Positions 53,380 through 64,000 of a DNA stretch of 64,000 bases are shown piece after piece. Under the pieces are notes generated by a model that saw only the letters and a list, made by a program, of their open reading frames with translations, had not been told where the DNA came from and did no database searches. The stretch comes from Eledone cirrhosa (Eukaryota). Within the stretch, counting starts at the first letter, position 1. Every line of letters begins with the position of its first letter. A program made the translations under genes and the position numbers. The DNA lies in the NCBI GenBank assembly GCA_964016885.1, contig OZ024741.1, positions 149,358,001 through 149,422,000 on the forward strand, written 5' to 3'.

Positions 53380-53740
53380 GATGGATGTGCAATGTCAATG
53401 TGCGTGAACAACCAAGCATGGATGAGTTGAGAATAAGAGTATAAGAGGAATAAACTGTAGTGTGCAGGAGAGAAGACTGCATTGGTATGGCCATGTGATG
53501 CACATGGAATATGACTGCTGGGTGAAGAAGTGCCAAGTAATCCCAGTGGAAAGAAGACGCAGTAGAGGAAGACCACAAAAAACATGGATGGAGGTGGTGA
53601 GAGCTGACCTCAGATCACTGAAGCTCACAGAGGAGATGACGAAGGACTGTGTTAAATGGAGAAATGCTGTGCTGAAAGGACCTGTCCCACCCTTGCAAGC
53701 AGAGAAAAGCGGACATAAAATGATGACGATGATGATGATA
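53380..53740 (+). mobile_element. RTE LINE 3' fragment
   Basis: RWMCNV...QERRLHWYGHVMHM...VKKC...RGRPQKTW.EVV..DL; (GAT)n tail. Confidence 0.88.
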
Positions 53741-54165
53741 AGAATAAACAATCCTTATACATATATAGATACATAGATACATACATACATGATGATGGCT
53801 GCAACTCAATTTCAAGCAATGCCATCACTTGATATTTAAGCATTAGCATTATGGACATGACTCTTTAGTCCTGCTAGAGACTTGCCTATGACCAGCAATA
53901 CCATGCATCACAAAAAATGTCACATATCAAGTGATGCCTGTGCTTGAAGTTTTTTTAAGTGAGGAAAGGCTTTGCACAGGGCCAATCCCACTCTCTTTCA
54001 TACAATTCAACATAACTCAAGTGAATGTTATCACATGCTACCATTGTGTCTTTCTATTTTTTAAAAGGCAATATTTACTCATAATAATAAATGTATAATA
54101 TATACATGCATATATATATATATATATATGTATATGTATAAAATTTCGCTCTACATGGCTGAATA

Positions 54166-54167
<2 letters not shown>

Positions 54168-54202
<35 letters not shown>

Positions 54203-54769
54203 GTTTAACGTCCATCTTCCACGCTAGCATGGGTCTGGACGGGAATTGTCCCACTTGAGGCAAGATTGGTTGTCTTACTCAGGACTGTCAGGCGGGTTTT
54301 CTACGGCTGGACACCAACCGCGTTTATAGTGTGGAACTGGGAACTTTTTACCATGTTACCTACACGGTCACATTACAGCGTGGACTGTGTGTTTTTTTGT
54401 CGTGACACCTACACAACCTCTTTTATTTAGGACTGGATGCTGTGGTACATAGCTTTACATCGAAAGGGGTGGTGTAGATGGCGGTGGGGGTAGTGGTAGT
54501 GGGACAGGGGTGTATTTTGGTTAAGAGGTGCCTACTGACTGTAGGTTTCGCTTTGTACTTAGGCAAGGCGGGTCTTCTGTATTACTACGTAGCGCCAAAG
54601 ATCTCAGTCCAGTGACATTGTCTTGGAGAGGTGTAAGTGTGTAAGGTCGGATTTTATCAAGTCGTCCCAGGTTTTTCTGTGTCTGCCTACTCCGTAACTA
54701 CCGTCTATTTTGATCGCCCTGCACTTTTATATACAGCTGTCATCTTTCATGTGCATCACGTGTCCATAC
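54168..54769 (-). mobile_element. RTE LINE 3' end with UTR and (GAT)n tail
   Basis: Minus strand YGHVMHM...GRHRKTWDDLIKSDL; a similar UTR piece occurs on plus at 5610-5965. Confidence 0.75.
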
Positions 54770-55100
54770 AATAAATGTAATCTGAGTTTTTAGAATATTA
54801 ATAATAACATTCAATTCGTTTGCAATTATGCCTCATTTTTATGAGGCTTGTTTGCATAATTGCAAACGAATTGAATGTTATTATTAATATTCGAAAAGGG
54901 CGGTGGATTGGCAGTATCGGTAGAGGGTCGGACGCCATGCTTTAACGCATAGAGTTACGGCCCTTGCCATTCTGAGTTCAAATCCCGCCGAGGTTAACTT
55001 TGCCTTTCATCCTTATGGGGTCGATAAAATAAAGTACCAGTAATACACTGGGTAATTGCTGGCCTTGTGCCAAAAGTAGAAACAATTATTAATATTCGAA
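54770..55100. repeat. ~60-bp-arm foldback palindrome whose right arm is split by a SINE
   Basis: AATAAATGTAATCTGAGTTTTT.GAATATTAATAATAACATTCAATTCGTTTGCAATTATG is mirrored after removing the SINE and its TSD. Confidence 0.85.
54898..55085 (+). mobile_element. tRNA-derived SINE (family 1)
   Basis: A box TGGCAGTATCGG, B box GAGTTCAAATCC; TSD TTATTAATATTCGAAAA on both sides. Confidence 0.9.
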
Positions 55101-55116
55101 AAACTCAGATTACATT

Positions 55117-55164
<48 letters not shown>

Positions 55165-55615
55165 AGCAGATATTAAAGGCATGACTACATATGAGTTTTA
55201 ATTTTGTTGTTAGAACTTTTTTGTATTGTCTTATAAGTTATTGCAGCTCATTTGGAACAACAAATTTCCTAAGTCCATAATTTGATTGACATTTCTAAAC
55301 TTTCAGTTTCATCATCAGGAGTGGTGTAGAGATATGTATTTTATGAAGCTTTATGCAATACTTTTTTTCTTTTTCCTAGACCAGCATTCAAAGACTCTCT
55401 TATTAGAATTCAAATCGAGCTAAAACTTGGACATAGTTCTGTCTTTAACAACCAAGGTACATGTTTAATATGTATCTTGGTTGACTGGAATTTGTGGGTT
55501 ATTATAGATGATGATGAAGATTTCTATCAAATTAATAATAATCATTTCTTTATAATGATAATATTAATGATGATGATGATGATGATGATGGTTGTAAAAG
55601 GGATGTTACACTCAC

Positions 55616-55632
55616 CTGGTGGTGATGATATC
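55616..55632 (-). CDS. 17-nt microexon of chitinase gene B linker ((G)ISSPP)
   Basis: ttttttcttcatttcttcag|GATATCATCACCACCAG|gtgagt; bridges the phase-2 donor upstream and the phase-1 acceptor downstream. Confidence 0.75.
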
Positions 55633-57000
55633 CTGAAGAAATGAAGAAAAAAGTATAGTAAATTATATTAATGTAATAATAAGAATAATTTCTTTTATTG
55701 GCCACAAAGGCCCAAGATGTAGGGAACAATAGAAGGATGAATTACAACCCAAAGTGGGGTTTACATCAAGTAAAAAGGTTTAAAATCAACAAAAACAAGA
55801 AATGTTGCAATAAATTTTCAACAAGAAAAATTCCCTAATAGGGGAGGAAGACCACCAACGATAATTTGAGGGGAAAGCCACACACAAAAGTTCCAGATTA
55901 CTTTATATCACTAAAGGCATCTTATTTTTATCTTAGGAAAGCATATTTACTAATATTAATGATAATAATAATAATGGAAGAGGGCTCTTTCAGTGCCTGT
56001 GAGGTAATAGAGTAATCCAGGGTTTTGAGAGGTAACCCGCTGAGGGTCACTCACGGAGAAAGCCCACAAAAAGCCACAGTCACCCTGACCACTAGAGCAA
56101 GTGCCACCTCCCAGTACTATCCTCTCTACCCTCACCTTCTTCAAGTGGGATTTGAAGAAGGTACCATGACTAACAAATAGGAAAGTTGATTATATCAACC
56201 TCAATCATTGGCTGGTACTTTATTTTATTGATGCTAAAAGGATGAATGGCAAAGTTGACCTAGGTGGGATTAGAAATCAGAATCTAAAGAACCAAACCAA
56301 ACACTGGAAATTGTGGTATGATTATAAAATAGTCAATGAAAAAAGATGATATAAACCTGGATAAAAAAAGGCTACAAGGAATGGGAGTATGGCCATACCG
56401 TGGGACATGCCAATTGACACAGACAGGGAGATTGTTTAATTAGTTAAACATTGTTATGAAAGACATCCAACAAATGAAATGTCGCCTTCTCAATGTATTA
56501 ACAGACAACAATATAATCTCTAAATGATTCACTTTTTTTCTATATATCACTTGCCAACTGTGTAGAATAATCTTCACTGAGAGAGTTTAATTAGACTGAA
56601 ACATGCCTGTTGCTTTTACCAGTTAGCTTTAAAAACCAAATCCGCACCAATAGTTATTGTTTGTATGGTCCAAAATTTTGGCTAATCTTAGAATTACTTC
56701 CCTTGCTTGTTGTTACTAAATTTTAAACATCCTTGGAGGGAGTTTTTCTAATAGTGTTTTCTGGCATAACCCCAAGACCTCAATTTTTTTAGGATTGACA
56801 CAGTTTAATGTAGATCAACTCCAGAACTTGACTTGTACTACATGTTTTCATTCCTGGAAGGATGAAAAGCAAAGTTGAACTAAGAATATAACAGCACATA
56901 ACTAAAAATCACAAGGAATTGTATCCACAACTCTAGCAACTATACCACAACACCACACCTTTTGGTAAAATGAATAACAACTAGAAATCTTCAAACATAC

Positions 57001-57125
57001 CCGAGTGCTTTATTAATTGCTTTCATGAGTGGGTATTTTCCTTGTTTACACATATTGTTGAAATCATCCAAACAGATGGTCCAGACAGCTAACCCACCGA
57101 ATCCTTGGGATTTCAGCCAGTTTAC
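57001..57125 (-). CDS. GH18 chitinase gene B exon (VNWLKSQGFGGLAVWTICLDDFNNMCKQGKYPLMKAINKALG)
   Basis: Hand-translated reverse strand; GG...W...LDDF...C..GKYPL motif; ttacag acceptor, gtatgt donor; paralogous to 6535-6659. Confidence 0.95.
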
Positions 57126-57419
57126 CTGTAATATTGAACAAGAAATTGTCAGTATTATTATTATTATTATAATTTTCTTCTCTTTTCCTTTTCATAGCCT
57201 GAATGGGTTCCAGAAATGTAAGAACCCAAAGGCTTGTTGAAATAAAATTGATTGATTTTGCTTTTCATCTTTTACAGAGAATAAGAAAAGGAAAACCAGA
57301 AAGGTATGAAACCAAACTGCATTTTGTTTAATTTCACTCTTTTCCTAATTAGTTTTGCTATAACTCTTTCCGTCACTGTCATAATTTGGTCCATTAGTTA
57401 TATTCCTCCATAGTTGCTT

Positions 57420-57670
57420 CTTTTTAGAGCATCACCTATTGGGTATGACTATGTCTTATATTACCTGATTGACTATGCGGGTTACTTATTTGACTCCTAC
57501 TTCTCTTGATGCTTTTAGCATCTCAGCAGCTATCTCTGATGGTCCAGCAGCCTTACCATTCTTTATCTATTTGATTGCTTCTTTGATCCTATAACTGTCA
57601 ACTTCAATAGCTGGTCTTTCTGTTGGGTAAGTTATGGGTAGCCTCTCTTCCTCCCATTCATTCTCCATGT
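57420..57670 (-). mobile_element. RTE LINE internal fragment
   Basis: ENEWEE...IKEAIK..KNGKAAGPSEIAAEMLKA pre-RT motif. Confidence 0.75.
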
Positions 57671-57672
57671 AA

Positions 57673-58845
57673 TCTAAACTATAATAAAGAGAGGAGTGCG
57701 GGACAGCGTCCGTTTTATATGTTTTAATCCCGTTAGTAAAATAAGTTGGATTACTTTGAATAAATAATGAATGAATATTACATAATTTATGTACTAAATT
57801 TCTAATATAAATATTCTTTTATATAATGATTGCTTATTTTAAGAGACATTTCTTTTTAAATTTTCAAATGTCAATACTTCCGGTTATGATATAACGGACA
57901 CTATATCACATATCGCTTATATAAACATTCATATTTGCATCGTTATATCATAACATTTAAATTTCTGTCGCTAATTTTCTCCTTTTACGTTTTCATTACA
58001 TTTCACCGTAATGCAGTTTATATATAATATCGTCTTTTTTAATTGTATCATGGATTACTTTACTGATTACAGAAGAGAGTGTAACACAGTCTCTCTTCAA
58101 TTTCTGTGTATATTGTCAATTACGATTTTATTTAATGTATCATATCTACATGCACATATATTTGCATATAATATCAATATGCTCACTACACATGCTAGCA
58201 GAAAACCACCTGAAGCATGATTTTTCTGCTAGTATGGTGGCTGCCAACTCGTTTTCGAGTACGCCCACTACTTTAAATCCATGTAGGAGAACCCCTACCG
58301 ATGCACTGAACGAGTGTGACTTTTTAGTCCAGCCAGCGACTTGAAAGCTCTGGTACAAACACTACACTTGTGACAATTATTGACACATAGTGCTGGGCCC
58401 ATGGTACCATGTTACGACAAGTGCAGAGAGATCTCCAGATATAAAGCAATGCCTGCGCCGTGAAGCTTTTATAGTGAGCAAAGGCACTGCACAAAGCCAG
58501 TCCCACTCTCTTAACCAAGATGATATTTACCAAAAAGAAGAACAAGTCAACATCATTGGATACCATCAGGGTTGCAGGTGTTATATCAGAGTTTTCCTTC
58601 TCCTAGAATTCTGCCTTGACAAAGGCTAAGGGGTCATCTCTCCCGGTGATTTTGGATGGCCATTGACTCTTAAGAGCTCCTTTGCCCTTTGACAGGTTTT
58701 GTTTTTAGTCTTGCAGGATGTCCAAAGTCACCCTCCTCACCAAGAAACCTTTGTGGGGTTGCCAGTTTAGTCGCCAACGACCCCACCATGAGACAGGTTG
58801 TACTGGGATACATGTTACCAGAGGCACCAACTGGTGACCTGCTAG
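57673..58845 (+). mobile_element. Probable non-autonomous Helitron
   Basis: A|TCTAAACTATAATAAAG 5' end; 3' hairpin CACCAACTGGTG then CTGCTAG|T; no TSD, A/T target. Confidence 0.55.
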
Positions 58846-58879
58846 TATACATAATAGTGATATAACATGAACAATAATG

Positions 58880-59268
58880 GAGGCACATGGCTTAGTGGTT
58901 AGAGCATTGGCCTTGCAATCGAAAGGTTGTGTGTTCAATTCTCAGACCAGGTGATGTGTTGTTTCCTTGAGCAAGACACTTTATTTCACATTGCTCCAGT
59001 TTACTCAGCTGTAGAAATGAGCTGATAGGACTGGGGTCCCTATCATTCCACTGCAAAGTGGTCGTGGAGGTGCCACAGCAAAAAAAGCACCCAGCCCACA
59101 CTGTAAAGTGGACGTGTAGGCGCCACGGAAAAAAAGCACCCAGCACTCACTGTAAATGAGGTTGGTGTTAGGAAGAGCATCCAGCTGTAGAAATCAAGCC
59201 AGAATCAGTTCCCGTCCCACCCTTGCATGCAGAGAAAAGCGGACGTAAAATGATGATGATGATGATGA
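58880..59268 (+). mobile_element. tRNA-derived SINE (family 2)
   Basis: Near-identical to 50903-51243 with one extra internal ~37-bp repeat unit. Confidence 0.88.
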
Positions 59269-59337
59269 ATACTGCTTTAATAATTATGTTATGATATCAA
59301 TAAAATATCTAATTGTATAACTAACTGCCTGTCTTAC

Positions 59338-59454
59338 CTTTAATTTCAAACTCTTGGCATTATCATAACCAACCCATACTCTGCCATTGACAACATATGG
59401 CACCTTCGCTTTCTGCATCCAGTGGTAGTTTGCTGCTGTTTTCATTGTGCAAAT
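59338..59454 (-). CDS. GH18 chitinase gene B exon (ICTMKTAANYHWMQKAKVPYVVNGRVWVGYDNAKSLKLK)
   Basis: VPY...WVGYD..SLK.K motif; tttcag acceptor, gtaag donor; paralogous to 4780-4896. Confidence 0.95.
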
Positions 59455-59486
59455 CTGAAATTGTAACATAGCACTAGCAGCAGCAG

Positions 59487-59665
59487 CAGAAGAAGAAGAA
59501 GAAGAAGAAGAAGAAGAAGAAGAAGAAGAAGAAGAAGAAGAAGAAGAAGAAGAAGAAGAAGAAGAAGAAGAAGAAGAAGAAGAAGAAGAAGAAGAAGAAG
59601 AAGAAGAAGAAGAAGAAGAAGAAGAAGAAGAATTGGTAGTAGTAGTAGTAGTAGTAGTAGTAGTA
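59487..59665. repeat. Compound microsatellite (GAA)~48 plus (TAG)n
   Basis: Directly visible. Confidence 0.98.
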
Positions 59666-60087
59666 TTTGCTTAGTCTCAAGTCATACCTCAAGCATATCC
59701 TTTTGTGTGTGGGGGGGGGGGGTCTTTTATATCAAGAACTACAAAATCCAATGTATCTTTTGTTCTTTTTCAGAAGGTAGAATATGATTTGAGGGAGATT
59801 TGGCTGTTATTGTGAAATAATTTAGGTAGACAAAAAATGCTTGAAAGCTGTATCTATAATTCAAAGAGTCTGCCTTGTCACACACAATGTCACACTGATT
59901 CTGTCTAGGAATTAAATGTAAACGTGTCTGTGAGATACTCAGCTACTTACATGCCGATTCAATAAAAAGGCTGTTCTGTTGATGGAGCAATTAGAACACT
60001 CATTATGAAAGCTGATAGAGATTCATTTACAGCATATAAATTCCATTGGTCAAGACAGGTGTATTGTGTGTAAACTTACAGTAACAA

Positions 60088-60510
60088 CTGCAGAGAGACC
60101 TGGCATAGAATTAACAAACATGGCTGCCAGAAAAAGAACATAAGCTACTACAAAGATCCCGGCCGCTTACTCTTCACACCGGTCATCAGTGAGACCTCTG
60201 GTATACTTGGACCCCGTACTGCTGAGCTCCTCTGCAAGATCGGAATATCAGCAGCCCATCTGAAGAAGGAGCCCTGCGAGGTGGGATAGCTGTTGCAGCA
60301 GGTGTCGCTGGACATTGTCCGCAGGAATGCTTTTACAGTCCTGTCCATGGGATGCAGCCCTATTACCACCGGACCCTAAGCCCAGAGCCCAATCACCCTC
60401 ACCCCTCCCTATTCTGTTGTGACACTAGAGCCCTTGCCTTTACCTTCCTTTTCCATTTTCTTTAATATTTTCTTATTTTACATTCCATTTTATCTCCTCA
60501 ATAAATCGAA
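60088..60510 (+). mobile_element. 5'-truncated CRE-like (REL-endonuclease) non-LTR retrotransposon 3' end
   Basis: FTPVISETSGILGPRTAELL..IG...LLQQVSLDIVRRNA resembles the F.P...ET.G..G...L.QR+S+A+QRGNA C-terminus of CRE-clade proteins. Confidence 0.65.
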
Positions 60511-60859
60511 TTGTAAACCATCTAATGTAAGCGTAACATGTGATGAGTGATTTAATCAATTAAATTGTCAATATATCCAGGCTCTTTATATTATTATGGA
60601 CTGTGCAAATAAGGGTCCTTGAATTGTTTATGTCAACATTGTCAATATACCCATATATTAATATGGGCTGTGTAGGCAAGGGTCCTTCAATTATCTAACA
60701 CAACTGTTGTGCTTTTTCAAGGCTAATGGTTTGGAGTTGCATAACTGCCATCAATTGGTCTGCACATCAATAATTTTGCTTTCTGAAACAATCATAAAAC
60801 AGTGGATTAACTAACTACTTCACCTTGTCCTATTCTTTCATTGTTTAACATTATGTATC

Positions 60860-63800
60860 CATATATTACTATAGACTGTGTAGGCAAGAGTCCTTCAGTT
60901 GTCTATGTCAACCTTGTCAATATATCCAGGCTCTGTATATTACTATAGGCTGTGTAGGCAAGAGTCCTTCAGTTGTCTATGTCAACCTTGTCAATATATC
61001 CAGGCTCTGTATATTACTATAGACTGTGTAGGCAAGTGTCCTTCAGTTGTCTATGTCAACCTTGTCAATATATCCAGGTTCTGTATATTACTATAGGCTG
61101 TGTAAGCAAGACTCCTTCTGTTGTCTATGTCAACCTTGTCAATATATCCAGGCTCTGTATATTACTATAGACTGTGTAAGCAAGACTCCTTCAGTTGTCT
61201 ATGTCAACCTTGTCAATATATCCAGGCTCTGTATATTACTATAGACTGTGTAGGCAAGAGTCCTTCAGTTGTCTATGTCAACCTTGTCAATATATCCAGG
61301 CTCTGTATATTACTATAGGCTGTGTAAGCAAGACTCCTTCTGTTGTCTATGTCAACCTTGTCAATATATCCAGGCTCTGTATATTACTATAGACTGTGTA
61401 AGCAAGACTCCTTCAGTTGTCTATGTCAACCTTGTCAATATATCCAGGCTCTGTATATTACTATAGACTGTGTAGGCAAGAGTCCTTCAGTTGTCTATGT
61501 CAACCTTGTCAATATATCCAGGCTCTGTATATTACTATAGACTGTGTAGGCAAGAGTCCTTCAGTTGTCTATGTCAACCTTGTCAATATATCCAGGCTCT
61601 GTATATTACTATAGACTGTGTAGGCAAGAGTCCTTCAGTTGTCTATGTCAACCTTGTCAATATATCCAGGCTCTGTATATTACTATAGACTGTATAGGCA
61701 AGAGTCCTTCAGTTGTCTATGTCAACCTTGTCAATATATCCAGGCTCTGTATATTACTATAGGCTGTGTAAGCAAGAGTCCTTCAGTTGTCTATGTCAAC
61801 CTTGTCAATATATCCAGGCTCTGTATATTACTATAGACTGTGTAGGCAAGAGTCCTTCAGTTGTCTATGTCAACCTTGTCAATATATCCAGGCTTTGTAT
61901 ATTACTATAGACTGTGTAAGCAAGAGTCCTTCAGTTGTCTATGTCAACCTTGTCAATATATCCAGGCTCTGTATATTACTATAGACTGTGTAAGCAAGAG
62001 TCCTTCAGTTGTCTATGTCAACCTTGTCAATATATCCAGGCTCTGTATATTACTATAGACTGTGTAGGCAAGAGTCCTTCAGTTGTCTATCTCAACTTTG
62101 TCAATATATCCAGGCTCTGTATATTACTATAGGCTGTGTAAGCAAGAGTCCTTCAGTTGTCTATGTCAACCTTGTCAATATATCCAGGCTCTGTATATTA
62201 CTATAGGCTGTGTAAGCAAGAGTCCTTCAGTTGTCTATGTCAACCTTGTCAATATATCCAGGCTCTGTATATTACTATAGGCTGTGTAGGCAAGTGTCCT
62301 TCAGTTGTCTATGTCAACCTTGTCAATATATCCAGGCTCTGTATATTACTATAGGCTGTGTAGGCAAGTGTTCTTCAGTTGTCTATGTCAACCTTGTCAA
62401 TATATCCAGGCTCTGTATATTACTATAGACTGTGTAGGCAAGAGTCCTTCAGTTGTCTATGTCAACCTTGTCAATATATCCAGGCTCTGTATATTACTAT
62501 AGGCTGTGTAGGCAAGAGTCCTTCAGTTGTCTATGTCAACCTTGTCAATATATCCAGGCTCTGTATATTACTATAGACTGTGTAGGCAAGAGTCCTTCAG
62601 TTGTCTATGTCAACCTTGTCAATATATCCAGGCTCTGTATATTACTATAGACTGTGTAGGCAAGAGTCCTTCAGTTGTCTATGTCAACCTTGTCAATATA
62701 TCCAGGCTCTGTATATTACTATAGGCTGTATAGGCAAGTGTCCTTCAGTTGTCTATATCAACCTTGTCAATATATCCAGGCTCTGTATATTACTATAGAC
62801 TGTGTAGGCAAGAGTCCTTCAGTTGTCTATGTCAACCTTGTCAATATATCCAGGCTCTGTATATTACTATAGGCTGTGTAAGCAAGAGTCCTTCAGTTGT
62901 CTATGTCAACCTTGTCAATATATCCAGGCTCTGTATATTACTATAGGCTGTGTAAGCAAGAGTCCTTCAGTTGTCTATGTCAACCTTGTCAATATATCCA
63001 GGCTCTGTATATTACTATAGGCTGTGTAGGCAAGTGTCCTTCAGTTGTCTATGTCAACCTTGTCAATATATCCAGGCTCTGTATATTACTATAGGCTGTG
63101 TAGGCAAGTGTTCTTCAGTTGTCTATGTCAACCTTGTCAATATATCCAGGCTCTGTATATTACTATAGACTGTGTAGGCAAGAGTCCTTCAGTTGTCTAT
63201 GTCAACCTTGTCAATATATCCAGGCTCTGTATATTACTATAGGCTGTGTAGGCAAGAGTCATTCAGTTGTCTATGTCAACCTTGTCAATATATCCAGGCT
63301 CTGTATATTACTATAGACTGTGTAGGCAAGAGTCCTTCAGTTGTCTATGTCAACCTTGTCAATATATCCAGGCTCTGTATATTACTATAGACTGTGTAGG
63401 CAAGAGTCCTTCAGTTGTCTATGTCAACCTTGTCAATATATCCAGGCTCTGTATATTACTATAGGCTGTATAGGCAAGTGTCCTTCAGTTGTCTATATCA
63501 ACCTTGTCAATATATCCAGGCTCTGTATATTACTATAGACTGTGTAGGCAAGAGTCCTTCAGTTGTCTATGTCAACCTTGTCAATATATCCAGGCTCTGT
63601 ATATTACTATAGACTGTGTAAGCAAGAGTCCTTCAGTTGTCTATGTCAACCTTGTCAATATATCCAGGCTCTGTATATTACTATAGACTGTGTAGGCAAG
63701 TGTCCTTCAGTTGTCTATGTCAACCTTGTCAATATATCCAGGCTCTGTATATTACTATAGGCTGTGTAGGTAAGAGTCCTTCAGTTGTCTATGTCAACCT

Positions 63801-64000
63801 TGTCAATATATCCAGGCTCTGTATATTACTATAGACTGTATAGGCAAGAGTCCTTCAGTTGTCTATGTCAACCTTGTCAATATATCCAGGCTCTGTATAT
63901 TACTATAGGCTGTGTAGGCAAGTGTCCTTCAGTTGTCTATGTCAACCTTGTCAATATATCCAGGCTCTGTATATTACTATAGACTGTGTAGGCAAGAGTC
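60860..64000 (+). repeat. 74-bp tandem satellite (>=42 copies, runs off window), probably within an intron of chitinase gene B
   Basis: Unit AGTCCTTCAGTTGTCTATGTCAACCTTGTCAATATATCCAGGCTCTGTATATTACTATAG(A/G)CTGTGTA(G/A)GCAAG; degenerate copies at 60565-60690. Confidence 0.99.

Noticed and set aside
56575-56615. Hammerhead-like CTGAGAGA...GAAAC motif
   Set aside because: Core spacing is non-canonical and no stem I pairing was found
60899-63982. Tandem array of 65-aa Cys-rich peptide genes
   Set aside because: Overlapping ORFs every 74 nt are an arithmetic consequence of a non-triplet satellite unit

Overview
Eukaryotic, repeat-rich animal DNA. The SINE/RTE repertoire and microsatellite style suggest an octopus or other coleoid cephalopod (inference). 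The window holds the 3' halves of two paralogous, convergently oriented GH18 chitinase genes. Gene A (+) has exons 2439-2565, 4018-4203, 4780-4896, 6535-6659 and a probable terminal exon 13972-14095, with no chitin-binding domain visible. Gene B (-) has exons 59454-59338, 57125-57001, a 17-nt microexon 55632-55616, 53243-53187 and a CBM14 exon 49109-48907. Between their 3' ends lies a ~32.7-kb, strand-asymmetric GT-rich ~40-bp minisatellite with nested higher-order repeats. A full-length but inactivated Ty3/gypsy LTR retrotransposon (7998-13619) sits in the probable last intron of gene A. It has a 4-bp TSD, TG...AA LTR ends, a -1 frameshift signal, and a SINE inside its 3' LTR. Gene B introns contain an RTE LINE and a Penelope element that both show twin-priming-type 5' inversions, plus tRNA-SINEs, a probable Helitron, a CRE-like fragment and a 74-bp satellite running off the window end. 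There is no CRISPR or other prokaryotic system. Most predicted ORFs are repeat artefacts. I see no clearly novel system; the best leads are the asymmetric chitinase pair around the giant satellite and the retroelement structural oddities.
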